Origin: Takakia lepidozioides
Taxonomy: Eukaryota > Plantae > Bryophyta
Direction: 5' to 3'
Length of the DNA: 64,000 bases
Assembly: GCA_030704615.1 (NCBI GenBank)
Contig: CM060733.1
Coordinates: 75,330,001 to 75,394,000, forward strand
The notes under the pieces are model-generated. The model was not told the origin of the DNA. It did no database searches and saw only the letters and a program-made list of their open reading frames with translations. Below, piece by piece: positions 1 to 12,309 of the stretch (within the stretch, counting starts at the first letter, position 1; every line of letters starts with the position of its first letter). The translations under genes were made by a program, and so were the position numbers.

Positions 1-545
1 AGCCCATCACAGCCCCACAGGCCACATGGCACAGCCTGTCACAGCCCGCCACAGCCCCTCACAGCCCATCACAGCCCCACAGGCCACTGGGCTTAGCCTG
101 TCACAGCCCCTCACAACCCGTCACAGCTCGCCACAGCCTATCACAGCCCATCACAGCCCCACAGGCCACAGGGCACAGCCTGTCACAGCCCCTCACAGCC
201 CGTCACAGCCCGTTACAGCCCCACAGGCCACTGGGCTTAGCCTGTCACAACCCGCCACAGCCCCACAGGCCACAGGGCACAGCCTGTCACAACCCCTCAC
301 AGCCCGTCACAGCTCGCCACAACCTGTCACAGCCCGTCACATCCCCACAGGCCACAGGGCACAGCTTGTCACAGCCCGCCACAGCCCACACAACCCGTCA
401 TAGCCCCACAAGCCACAGGGCACAGCCTGTCACAGCCCCACAGGCCACATGGCACAGCCTGTCATAGCCCATCACAGCCCGTCATAGCCCCACAAGCCAC
501 AGGGCACAGCCTGTCACAGCCCGTCATAGCCCCACAGGCCACTCA
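1..545. repeat. CACAGCCC/GTCACAG low-complexity minisatellite
   Basis: Dozens of degenerate cacagccc, gtcacag and ccacagg units. ORF 26..403 is only a translation of this repeat. Confidence 0.9.
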
Positions 546-2099
546 TGACAGTTTAGCCATTTCTCCAAGGGGTTTAGCCACGCCAAGCTAGGGTTTGTGT
601 CTCTTGGACTCTAGGCTTCTTTGCACCGAGCTATGGCGGCTGTGAAGAAATCAGCAAGGTATTCTTGCTCTTTCGGCTCCCACACACCACCAATAGTAGC
701 TCTAAGCCATGAGGAAGATGGTTGCCACAAACCAAGCCTTCTTTCTCACTTAGACTCCCCAAACACGCCACTAAACTCAATGGCAAACAACCAAGCCTTG
801 CTGGTTTCCAGCCCTTGTGAGCACTCATTCAAGCGTTTCCCTAGACAAAAGCATCTGTCTTAAAGCCTATTCCAGCCCCCTACACCTGCCACTACAAGAG
901 CCATGCTCTATCTAGGCTTGAGGTTGAAACCCCAACTCAGAACACGCTCTACAAGTGTCGGACTGTCCATAAGAGCAGATCAGCCCCTTACCTTCTCTTC
1001 TAGTTCTCTAAAGCTTGAAAACAAAAGCCCAATGGACTGAAGGCATGCTCCACACATGCCCCACTCTCACCACCAGAGAATCAGACCCTTTGCTTTTTTT
1101 CTTGCACCCACCAACCTGAAAATACACGCTTCAGCGGGCTGGAAGCATGCTCCACACATGCCCTACAGGGAAACCAGCCCCTTCCTTCCTTTCTTGCACT
1201 CCCAAACCTGAAAGTACAAGCCTTCAACAGGCTGAAAGCATGCTCCACATATGCATTGCTCTCACATAAAGGAAGTCAGCCCTTCCCTCTTCCTTGCTTG
1301 CCCTCCAAGCTTGAAGATGGAAGCTTCAATGAGCTGAATACATGCTCCACACATGCAACCCCTTCACACAAGAGGTATCAGCCCCCTATCTTGGCTCATT
1401 GGCTCCTTAATGCTCTCTAAGACAAGACTAAGCACTCCACAGCCCTTGCCAAGCTCCTGAAACCCTAAGGCTTACATTTCCAGCCACAAAACACTCCTCT
1501 TGTGGTGCAAGAGCTCTTCTCTCTGAAACCCTGGGTGCACATTCCATGGCCTTGCCGCACCTCTTAGCTCCTGTTCCAACCCTGCAACATGGTGCTTTCA
1601 TCTCTGAAGCTGAAGATCGAATGCCAAGGTCTACCACCTCATAACCCACATCGCTTCCGCTTCTAACAACCAAGAGCTCCACGGTGCTCCTTGCATAACA
1701 ACCTGGTTTCTCTCATTCTCAAGCAAAAACCACAAGTGCTACAACTAACTCGTATCTGGCACTCACAGATACGAGCTCATCTTTCTCGAGTGATAAAGAA
1801 GAAGAATACAAGCTCAAGCTCATGCGAGCTCACAAAGCTGAAGCATAAACTCATGCATATATAACCTCATCACTCAAATACAAGTCAAGCCAAGTGCACC
1901 CCACGCCATGGGGAATCCACACTATGGCGCCATAGCTAGGCGCGAAGATGAGCCTCCCGCGCTTGCCGTGAAGATAACCACTCCAGGGCCTAAATTTGCC
2001 TTGACCCCTGGATTGACACTTGGGCAAATCCCAAATGTCAATATGTAAAAGCTAGCTATTTCCTAGCTAGTTTCACACTAGTGGTAAAATAACTTGACA
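1..2099 (+). mobile_element. Probable 3' part of an LTR (retrotransposon) running off the window start
   Basis: CACAG-rich minisatellite at 1-545, like that in the Gypsy LTRs later in the window. About 97-bp repeats with core GCATGCTCCACACATGC near 1043, 1145, 1237 and 1340. Ends ...AACTTGACA at 2099, just before a kelch coding fragment starts abruptly. Confidence 0.5.
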
Positions 2100-2103
2100 A
2101 GTT

Positions 2104-2370
2104 ACAGGAACACAGCTTTTGGTTTGCGGACAGTTCTCTAGAGGTTACATGGTATGGAGGTATGATCTAGAAATCGACGAATAGTCTTCAGCGCCATGAA
2201 TGATTCAGGATCGATGTCTTTTTGGGTCAGCAAATGCAGGCAAATATGTCTATTTTGCTGGGGGATCTCACCAGCAGACAACTCTCAAAGCAACCGAGCG
2301 CTACAACTCACTGCTTCAAGCATGGGAGCCTCTCCCCCACATCAACATAGCACAGAAGTGGAATTCAATT
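2104..2370 (+). pseudogene. F-box/kelch-repeat (SKIP11-like) gene fragment
   Basis: Frame from 2104 reads TGTQLLVCGQFSRGYMVWRYDLEIDE*SSAP*MIQDRCLFGSANAGKYVYFAGG..ATERYNSLLQAWEPLP. This is the kelch consensus (RCLFGSA, FAGG, E.YNS..W..LP) with two in-frame stops, truncated at both ends. Confidence 0.8.
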
Positions 2371-2685
2371 GAAAGAACAAGGAAAAATGTGGACCGCTGG
2401 ATGATAGCCGATCAATGGTGGCGATTCCACTCTCCAATCGGATTAATGTCCCTGGATGAGGAGCATCATTCATGTGAATTTAAACGAATCATGTACCCAA
2501 CTCAAATGGATCATGTACCAACTTAAGTTGGTCATGTACCCATAGATGAAAATCAGTGGATGGATGATAGATCTATGGATGAAAGGTGGATGACAAAATT
2601 AGCAGATGGATGAGTTTTTAGGGATGAAAAAGGGATTTTATGTATGGATGAAATTGGAAGGTTCCATCAATGGCTCATAGTTTAT

Positions 2686-3718
2686 TGTCATTGCTTGGCC
2701 AACACGTTTCCCATTAGCTTAATGATTATTTCCTAGTTTTCTTATTGGCCCAAAAGAAATATAAGAGAATGCTTCCATAAGTGGGAGAGCACCAAATCGA
2801 GTTAGAAAGCAGAAGTGAGGGAGAACGATGTAGAGAACATAAGTTAGAGGATAGAAGTTAGAGAGCACAAGATGGAGAGCAGTTACGATGGTGGATAGAG
2901 TGCTCGAGGGTAGTAGTGAGCGATCAGCCGAGAGAGGGGTTCTGAGCAGCTCCTGCACCGCCAGCGAAATCTCTGATGTGTATTAAAAGCTAGGACCTCT
3001 TAGTGGATTGTTGTTTGGAATTCATTGGTTGTTGTAATTCAGATCTGGTGTTCGAGTGAGAGCAACGTGTCGGGAGAGACTACTTGGTATTGTTTGTGTA
3101 AGCCTCCATTCTCCGCAACCTTGAAGTTTTGTGGAAACAAGGCTGGATCTGAGTTTCGGTTCTAGACAATCACAGATATACACCGAGTACTGAGGAGAGG
3201 CACGTTTGGGAAGCGATACTGAGATACGGTCGAGTTATTTGAAGAAGTGCTTCTATCTTGAGTCTTGGTGCGATTAAAACGAAAGTAGGCTGGATCATAA
3301 TAGTTCAGCACTTATTAATGTTCAAGGGGGTAGTTGCTGCTGGCATAGGACTTGGTAGGATATTCTTGCTGGCACTGTCCATGGAAACTGACTAAAATGC
3401 TGAATTCGAACTGACACCCCAATTTGTGTTGGTATGCTCTTGAAGAATTGATGATCTACATCCATAGACTGAGGAATACTAATGGAAATCTGCTTTAAAG
3501 CTAAGGAAACCGAGTGGCGAGTGAGGAGTTATTAATTTTTGAAAACAGTGCTTTTTAACTACAAGTTTATACTCAAACATAAGACTTGAACATCTAATTC
3601 TAGCGACGATCAAAGGTTGGAAGCTAGTTTAGCGTAGAGCAAATATAGGGTGCCATAGTGCCACATCGTCGTCTTCACATTTCGTAGCCACGTCATCGTC
3701 GTACTGGGGGTGGTGACA
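2686..3718. mobile_element. Candidate solo LTR (~1.03 kb)
   Basis: Begins TGTCA (2686) and ends GGGGGTGGTGACA (3718), i.e. TG..CA inverted termini. Non-coding. Flanks TTTAT/TTTCC match only partly as a TSD. Confidence 0.4.
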
Positions 3719-6700
3719 TTTCCAAGACACCACCACCTCCTCCCGGTGCGCAATAGTGGAGGGGGCACGCATTCAGACACGTTCGTGTGGGAAGACGACT
3801 TTTTTCGTCTCGGCTTTCTCCCTCTCCTCTTTCAGTCTCTCTCTTCCTCCAAATTCTCATTCTTCTCCTTCTCTAGGAGCTCTCTCATTGCCTTAGTAGC
3901 CTTAGTTAGGACCGTTCTAGGGGCAGGACTAGCATGCACACCAGCGTGATCCCGACCAAAGAACACGACCCTCCGTTGAAGGTGTCACCAACTGAGGCTG
4001 AGGGGCCGGTGTCACGGGTTCGGGCTGAACGGTTTGATGGTAGTAGTGAGTCAGAGTCCAATGAGTGTGAGTGATGAGAGGTTTTCCTTAGCATCCTCAC
4101 ACATGTACAGAACTTCATGCTTTTCTGATAAAAGCTTTTGTATATTCGTTGTCCATTTCCAATACCAACACAATTGGGTGCATGCAATTGTGTCCCTCTC
4201 CTTTGAATCAAATTTGTGATTGTAGATTAATGCATAAGACACCTAGGAAAAACGATCTGTGCATGGACCCTGAATAGTATCCAAAAAATGAATCAAACAA
4301 GCAAAACAAGAAACAATGACCCCTAGTAGTCACGGATTCCAACCCCTGGGACCCCTAGGGGTCCGCCATTTGCGACGTTGAGCAGAGGAATATTCCTTTC
4401 CATGAGCAGAGGCATATTCTGAGATTTTGATTCAGGGATATTCTCACGAATATCTGAGGAATATTTTATCAGCGAGTCTATGCCAAGGAATATTCTACCG
4501 AGGAATATTCTTCCAAACCTATGCCGAGCCTATGCCGAACCAGTTCGGACCACTACCGAACCTACGGGCGGGCACCTAGCTATTTTATTTTATTTTTATA
4601 ATTATAATTTTATTTCTAGTGTATGAAATGGGGTTCGGCGTCGAACCTTCAATCTTTGAGGGGTTGTATGCAATAAAATTTAGTAAAAATCTCATTTGGA
4701 ATCCAAAATGGGAATATTTTATAAACTGAACCTATCCCGAACCTAGAAGTGGTTTGGCAAACAGGTCCGTGCTCACTGCTCACTGCTCACTACTCATGGA
4801 TTTTCAGCCCCCCCTATTTTACAGTAGTAGTATGTGTCTATACAAATAGCTCCAAATGAGTCTTTTGATGGTTGGGTTTTAATTCCAAGGATGCTTCGAT
4901 GACAAAGGCATTAGGATTTTATGGGTTGGTTTGGTAGGGCGTGGGTGATGGGAGTGTAGTCTGGTGATCCGAGGTGCTTAGGGTTGGGGGGGGAAAGGAT
5001 ATGAGTACTTAGGGCGACCATGCTGGGGGAGGAGGGTGGGGACTGGGACCTGACAAGGTTGGGTTTTGTAAACGGAGTGTATGTGGGTTGTGAGGGAAGG
5101 GGGTTGGCATCGGTCTCATAGTTGTTGTTACCGTGGGGGACTTTGAGCATATTGAGTATAGAGGCAGCTAGGGCTGTTCGATATTTAGGTAGTAGATCTT
5201 GCTTGTTGTGGGGGAAGAGTAGGCAGGGGAGGTCATATTCCAGGGTGCATGAGGTTGAGGGGTGACAAAATAGAGTACGGAGGTGGTGGACGGTGGTGGT
5301 GGTTTTGGTAGTAGCTTTGGAATGTTTAAGGGTGAATTCACTGGGAGTTAAGAGCCAATTTCCGGTGGTTGTGGTAAGTTGGGGGTGGGAATTGTGATAT
5401 GTCTTTCTTAAAAATAGGTGAGGATGGGTTTTTTTTGGGCGGGGATGTGTGCTCTCAAATTGGAGGAGAAAGAGGATTTTGAGCCATGCGTGTTCTAATG
5501 GGGAGGAGGTCTTCAGGTATCCGGGTAGGTCCGTTTGTATACTGATTTTCAATTGATGTAGTATGAATAGTGAGCGTGCGGTAGGGGAGTGGAGGCAAGA
5601 CTGCGGGTGCAAAGATGGGAGGGAGTGGAATCCATTATATTTTGAGGCAACGTATTTGAGAAGCAAGGTAAATGAGACCCAATCGCCCGGGGTCATTAAG
5701 AGCTTCTAGGAGTTGTGTTATGAGAGTACAGGCATATGAGATGATAAAGGGGCTAGAGCCTATTCCGTAGCTGTCTGTGGGGAGTCGGGTGAGGACATTT
5801 TTGGTGCTGGTAGGTAGACCACAGATACGCTTGGTGAGAGTTTTATGATGTCTGGAGGGAGAAGGGTGCGGAATCGAGAGTAATGGACCCTAAACCCTGA
5901 GCATGACAACAAGCCTAATGCACGTTGTTTGTGCCCGTTTTTCGATAGAAGAAATGAGGAGAGGGTTTACAGTATCGAACCTGACAGTCGCTTAAGGGTT
6001 AGAACACTATGGGTGCAGAGATGCGGGTATAAGACCTGTCCAACAGTTGCAATGGTGGCGACCCTTTTCTGCGTGACCACTTCTGCCCCCGCTACTCCCT
6101 TCAGAGGCCTCCTCCTCATGAGGATTGTCCCCTTTGTTCGTCTTCAAGACGCTTATTCACAAGGTTATTTTTTCCTTGCTTTTATAACGTTACCGCTCTT
6201 TTCTCACCAAAAAAAAAGAAAAAGAAGAAGAAAAGAAAGACAAGCCTAGTCCACTATGTTGGTCTGCAATGGTTGTTAACATTCTGTGAGAAGACCGTTC
6301 AGTCTAAACTCTGGAGTCTGAAGTTAATGATTTTTGAAGCTCAGAGATCTATTTCGAAATTCTGTCAGCAAGAAGTACACCTGATTGTATGGGTCATACC
6401 TTCACATTTTCACTATACCCACAAGTGAACTACTGTTTTCATGAACCTCCGAGTGTTTCCCGCAAAGTAAAATGAAGGGCAGAGCACACATTATGTTCTT
6501 CAAGCTCTTGCATGCATAGCAAAAGAATTTATCAAGGACTGAAGCTGGCATGATGAGGGTTTCTCCACTGAATAGTCTTCAGACTCTTGAACTACGGACA
6601 ATTTTCACACTGTAGCTTGAGAAGTAAAGCCACAAAACAACACTTATGTTTCAATCAATAGGTAGCTCAAGGTAAACCCTGGTGATGTGGAAGATGTAAG

Positions 6701-7084
6701 TGGTGGTTGTAGCTAGATGTCTGCAATGCTGTGGGTGAATCTATGGCTGCTCACCTGGCCACTGGTGGTTTGTGGGAAACTGAAGAAACTTCTGGTTTTC
6801 ATAGAAGAGCCTGTCACTAGACTAAAAATGAGCACACACTAGAGGTCCTTTGGATTGAGGTTTGGTCACACCCTCCTTGGCTGAAAGCAGAGCTAGATGC
6901 CATGACTTGTGGTGGAGAGATAGTCCAGATCATTGTCAAACAGAGGTGGTGGAGGAATGTGAATATCACCCCACCTGGCTTCAGGAGGACCCACTTGGTG
7001 CTGTGACAAGCTCCTTCAGTATAGAGTTCATTTGCAATTTTCTTATGTTCGTATGTTTCTCCTGACATTACATCCTGATCTCTT

Positions 7085-7275
7085 CCAGGTTTCCAGAGCC
7101 TCCCTACCACACCCATGCTGGGCATATCCTGAAATCATCGCATTCCATGAGACCACATCTTGTTCAGCCATTTTGTGAAACACTCAATTTGCATCATTTA
7201 TACTCCTGCATTTGGCATACATGTCAACCAGAGTATTTTCCAGACTGATATCTGGCAGAATAGCTTCACCCATGT
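7085..7275 (-). pseudogene. PLS-class pentatricopeptide repeat (PPR) gene fragment
   Basis: Minus strand reads MGEAILPDISLENTLVDMYAKCRSINDAN*VFHKMAEQDVVSWNAMISGYAQHGCGREALE, classic PLS PPR motifs with an in-frame stop. Cut at ~7288 by a repeat element. Confidence 0.85.
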
Positions 7276-7287
7276 ATCTTTATATTC

Positions 7288-7975
7288 GCCATCTTAATCC
7301 AGAAAACGGCAATGCGCAGTGACGACTACCACACCAAAAATAAATAAAAAATTGCCCTTCTGAATGTGCCAGATTAAGGTGGTGTTGACGCCATCTTAAT
7401 CTGGCTGGTCTTCTGGGCTGGAATTAAGCTCCAACAGGGGCTGGGAATTAAGGTGGCGTTGACGCCACCTTGATGCCGAGCCTGTTTCCCTCTACGAACA
7501 TGGCTGCTCGCCAAGGCTTTTATTTAGTTTTTATTGTTTTTTTTAAAATTGTTTTTGGGGTGAATTGTCTTGTTCCAACCGGGGCTGGGAATTAAGGTGG
7601 CGTTGACGCCACCTTAGTGCCGAGCGTGTTTCCCTCTACAAACATGGCTGCTCGCCAAGGCTTTTATTTTATTTTTATTTTTATTTTTTGGTTTTTGTGT
7701 TGAATCATCATGTTCCAACAGGGGCTGGGAATCAAGGTGGCGTTAATGCCGAGCATGTTTCCCTGCAAGAACATGACTGTTCGCTAAGGCTTTTTAAAAA
7801 AAAATTAAATGTTTTAATTGGTTTTTGGGTTGAATTCCCATGTGCCAACAGGGGCTGGAATTAAGCTTGTGGCAAATTTATAAAAAAAACACTTATTTAA
7901 ACTCAACAACACATAAAATCTCCGTTGAGCGTCTTTATGCCACTTGGTTTTTTCCACCTATTCTTCTAAAATTAA
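7288..7975. repeat. Dispersed element with hairpin palindromes (TTAAGGTGGCGTTGACGCCACCTT) and ~144-bp tandem units, copy 1
   Basis: Palindromes at ~7372, 7447, 7591, with a partial one at 7733. Segments 7350-7430 and 7888-7950 recur at 9572-9646 and 9663-9725. Confidence 0.75.
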
Positions 7976-9571
7976 GCCTCTTGTCGCTTCGCTTCTCCAC
8001 CTCTTCTACATTGTCGTTGGTTGCGGTTTATTCTGTAAGGGAAGACTTTCACGAATTAGGGTTACCATTCTGGGTTTGTGGCTCCGTTTATGCTTTGGGG
8101 TTTGAGGTTTGGGGTTTGGGGTTTATCAATGCGGGCATGGGTTTTCGACTGATGGTTTACTTTGGGGGTTTGAAATTTGGGTTGCGGGATCAGTGTTTGT
8201 GGTTAGGGTTTCCCGTGTTTTCCCGAGTTTAGAATTTGCCGTGTTTGCCGTACAATCAATCTTATTTCAGTCCATGCATGCTCCATTCTTTAGGGCGGCT
8301 TTTCATCCTACATTCATCCACCATTCATCCCTTCACTTCTTTCATTCACCCATGCTTCTTTCATCCGGCTGGTTTTCATCACATATCCATCCCACATTGC
8401 ATGCATAGAGCACGACATCTTTGGTCCCTGGCCGCCTACGTGAATTTCCATTCAGAAGAGTTTGCGTCCACGGCAATAGGCCTTGTATTACCTCGGTTGT
8501 AGGCTCCGCTTCCCTAATCTGCTCACGCTTAGTGTACAAAGCGTGAGCGTGCTCACGCGGTAGCTACCCTCGTCTCCTCTTCTCCTAAGGGTCAGGTAAA
8601 GAAAAAACAGTGCACGCCAATCAAATCTCCAATGTGGGATAGGTTGGGCAAAGCCTCTCACAAACAAGGCTCTCCGCATGGTGCCAAGTTGGATTTGCTT
8701 ATGGGGGCATTCTTACCACTAGTTTTTTCGACTTTGGATCAGTACTAGAACTCGCCAGTCAGCTTTAACGACAATCTCGGTGCTAGGTCTCCGTTTATGG
8801 TCATTCAATCACCTCAACTTGGCTTCTTGGTCCCCGACACCAGGTCCTAAGCGCAACAATGCCATCATTGCTCTCACTCCTATTGTCTACAAAATCGAGA
8901 CGGAGGGCCCGAAGATTTTGATGACTAACCAGCTGGTTGGTTTGGCCAATGCATGGATTACTCATGATGGTCTCCTGGATTTCTTGGATCCTTCGCAGCT
9001 AATCCCCTTGATTCTTAAAAAGATACATGTCCTCTTCTCTACTGACATCGATTACTTGGCACTACACCCTGGCAGCTCGGTCCATTTTGGTTCGTATCTG
9101 TTGGATAACTGTAAGCATCTTTCGGTGGTGCTTGACCACAACGATGTGCTGACTGATGACAGCTGGGGGGGTGTTGGTCGAATGGTAGCATAATCCCAGG
9201 AGACTTTGGTGCCAATATGGACTAGAAAGAACAGGACATGGCCACCACTGTTTGATCATCCAAGCTATCCAAGCCAAGAAAGAGCAAAGATGCCTCCTCT
9301 TCGAAACGGGCTTTCGTTTCTTGGGCACAACTCTGCAGCAGAAAGAATGATGGGGGTTTGGGTATTCTGGACTTGGAAAGGGAAATTAGGGCTCTGATTG
9401 GGAAGTGGGTTCCTATATCGTTCCTTCCATATATGTTTTTGTAAATGTTTGACCATCAGAACAAGGCATCAAGAATTAGAGCCAGGAATAGAGATAAAAA
9501 AGGGAACAGTCCCTGTAAAGGGAGAGGAGGCTAACAGCGGAGAGAGGCAGCCAGGACTGCTTAATATTTAT

Positions 9572-10085
9572 TTTCCCGAATGTGCTAGATTAAGGTGTCG
9601 TCAACGACACCTTAATCCAGCTGGTCTTTTGGGCAAGAATTAAGCTTCTGCCAAATTAAAATACACTTATTTAAACTTAACAACACATACAATTTCCATG
9701 GAGCTTCTTTATGACATTTGAATTTTTCCAATATACTTCTGCTTAGAGGGGTGGAGATTAAGCTGGCATCAACGCCATCTTAATCCAGACCCAGACAGAC
9801 AGACAGACATGGTTCTTGAGTGGTTTCTGCTTTTCTGTTTGTCAATTTCCTTGTGCTTAGAGGGGTGGAGATTAAGCTGGCGTCAACGCCATCTTAATCC
9901 AAACCCAAATAGACAAGTAGACAAACAGACATGTACACAAACAAACAAACAAACAAACAAACAGATCCACAAACAGACGGTAGGACTTGAGTGGTTGCTT
10001 CTTTTCTGTTTTTCAATTTTCTTGAGCTTAGAGGGGGTGGAGATTAAGCTGGTGTCAACGCCATCTTAATCCAGACCCAGACATG
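9572..10085. repeat. Same palindrome-bearing element family, copy 2, with (AGAC)n/(AAAC)n microsatellite
   Basis: GATTAAG(G/C)TG..TCAACG.CA.CTTAATC palindromes at ~9588, 9756, 9869 and 10042, followed by ccagacccagacagacagac and acaaacaaac runs. Confidence 0.75.
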
Positions 10086-10724
10086 TAGCCATTCAGACAT
10101 ACCATTGCAATGACTCTCTGTGATGTGGTCGAGCAAATTCACTCAGTGGAGATGGAACACAAGATACATAGGAAGGTCACAGAAAGGGGTGCGACTGAGA
10201 AGGAATCCTCTTGTGAGATTGCTGCAGACGAAACCTATTGGCCATCGTACACGGAAAGCAGCATCGCCCCCTCTCTCCTCCAAAGCAACTTCTTCCCTCT
10301 TCAAACTAATTTTTACCTTGCTTACGGGATAAGCGGACTGGAATCAACATTTTACATTCATCCACTCTACTTTCATCCTGATTTTTATCATATCACATTC
10401 ATCCATCATTCATCCACTCAATACTAAGCTCCCATTTTCGGCGGTTAAGCCCCGCGACAATAGGGCATCTAGGAGTTCACGGACTACGGTAATAGGCCCA
10501 ACCCTAGATTCTAATTCCGAGGAACGTGAGCAGAATTATGCTCACAGTATTTTCTGCTCACGTGAGCTGCTCACAATCTAGCACGCCCCAGAGGAGCCTG
10601 CCAAATTTGTGATTGCCAGAGTAAGCATTAGGGAATAAGAATGAATGCATGGAGGAGGGACAAAGAGAGAGGGGGGAGGGGAAGGAACCACCGGGCCTAC
10701 ATGAATAGTCTCCAAGATGCTTGC

Positions 10725-12309
10725 CTCCTCCCACACTGTTGCACACATGACAGACCATGCGTAGTTGTTCCTCGAACACCGCAACTGAGACGAATGGAGC
10801 CACCATTGAAGGGAGTTTCACCATTTTAGGGACCAGGGCCGATTCGGGCATCAAAACAACAATCTTAGGCGCTCCCGTATCACCAATGCGACTAATATTG
10901 GTTAGGGGACCTCAGCCCGTCATTTCAGCCATCATCGAGTTATTGGCCTCTGGATCAAAGACACTCAAACATCCAAGATAATCCCCAAAGCAAGCCCCAA
11001 TCTCAAGAAGCGATGCTAGATATTGGCAGGGAAGGTACGGGAGAGAAATGATGCGAGGTCTGCAAGTAACACCGTTCTGGTGACCCCAGTCCTGAGACCA
11101 GGGACACATGTTTTGACGAGACAGGTGAGGATTGAAGGCGAGAGCTCGGGAGGCCGCTTCCAACGATTCAAACATGACATCAAAAAAGCCCCTTCCCATC
11201 GAAAGGCAAAAAAGCTGGCTTAGCTGGCCATCCCCAACCAAATGCTTGATGACCCACTCTCTCACCCAATTTTTGTCCTTCATCTTGCCAGGGAAGTGCA
11301 TTAAGACCTCTCTATTTGGGATTTTGGAAGTCTAACTCCTAATAGTGTCCAAGTTGAGAGACAAAATGTGGTCATTCCATCGGACAAGATAGCAGAGTCA
11401 GGCCAGTGGGCATTCTCAGCCGGCTCTGGAGGTGATGCAACATTAAAAGCCTCCTCTTCCTAACAAAGAAAGGAACGAGGAGAAGTGTCTTCCAAAGAGC
11501 CGTGTTGGAACCCCTAGCTGCGTCCCCGACCTCTACCCCTATAGGAGGAGTCTCTCTTACCACGTCTGCCCAAGAAATCACCATGGAAAACCATAACATA
11601 AACCCGGAGACTTACGGATGCTGAAAAATGAAGGGCGAGCGACCAGAACGACAATGCAGAGCTACACAACTGCAGGAAAACACTTGAAGCACAAGACCAC
11701 AAGAAGAACCAAGAGCTAAGCAAATAAGGAAGCAACACCTGCAAGAACCACGCTGTTAGAAACTGCCTCGTAGACCTTGGAAGTAATGGCAAATCCGAGA
11801 AGTCAGAAGCACAGAGGTGTGATCTTTCACACAGAAGAAGCTTAAAGGAAGATAATATCTCAAAGCCAGGGAGAAGTAATGAATCGATGAGGAAGCATGA
11901 CACCCGAGGTGTAGCTGAAGAGTAAGGGATAAAAACACGATGACAAGGCCGACCAACTAACGAAAGAGACAGGATAAAGATTAGAAAGCATAAAACTAAG
12001 CAATGAAGGCAGGATCCCTAGCTAGCCCTCCAGAAGAAAGTAAGAATGAGCTGCAATTGCTTGAAAAGAAGAAGAGAGAGGCGAATAAGATTAGCTCGAA
12101 AGTAACACAGAATAACAAAAAGCAGCTGAAAAAGATACCCTGAGAAACGCGAGACTACTAACTATATGACTGCAGCCTGGGGGGGAGTGAACCGACAGCA
12201 GAAGAAAGAAAGATCGAGGAAGAAAGAGAGAAGACAGGAAGGAGAAGGAGCTTAAAAAAATTCGTAAGTCCCCAAACTAGTCCTACCCCGCAATATTGCG
12301 GAGCTACAT
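10725..12309 (-). mobile_element. LINE 5' remnant (5'UTR plus degenerate ORF1)
   Basis: ORFs 10912..11301 and 10558..10854 (VREWVIKHL..GRGFF..ALAFNPH..PRII..FGDYLGCLSVFDPE; CHVC) align with ORF1 of the LINE at 38462-39600 (VREWVISHL..GRGFY..ALAFNPH..PRIV..FGFYLGCLAVFDPE; CYNC). Truncated within the zinc knuckle. Confidence 0.8.

Noticed and set aside
26-403. ORFs 26..403, 51080..51418, 59324..59701, 61340..61633 and their antisense partners as genes
   Set aside because: They are translations of the CACAG minisatellite.
3720-4245. Transposase or gene fragment on the minus strand
   Set aside because: Coding-like purine-rich stretch, but no recognisable motif in any frame.
4401-4798. MITE with CATGAG(C/T)AG termini
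   Set aside because: Only a short inverted match and no TSD.
8780-9480. LINE ORF1 remnant on the + strand
   Set aside because: Only a weak WSFNHL..W.P resemblance; not enough to call.
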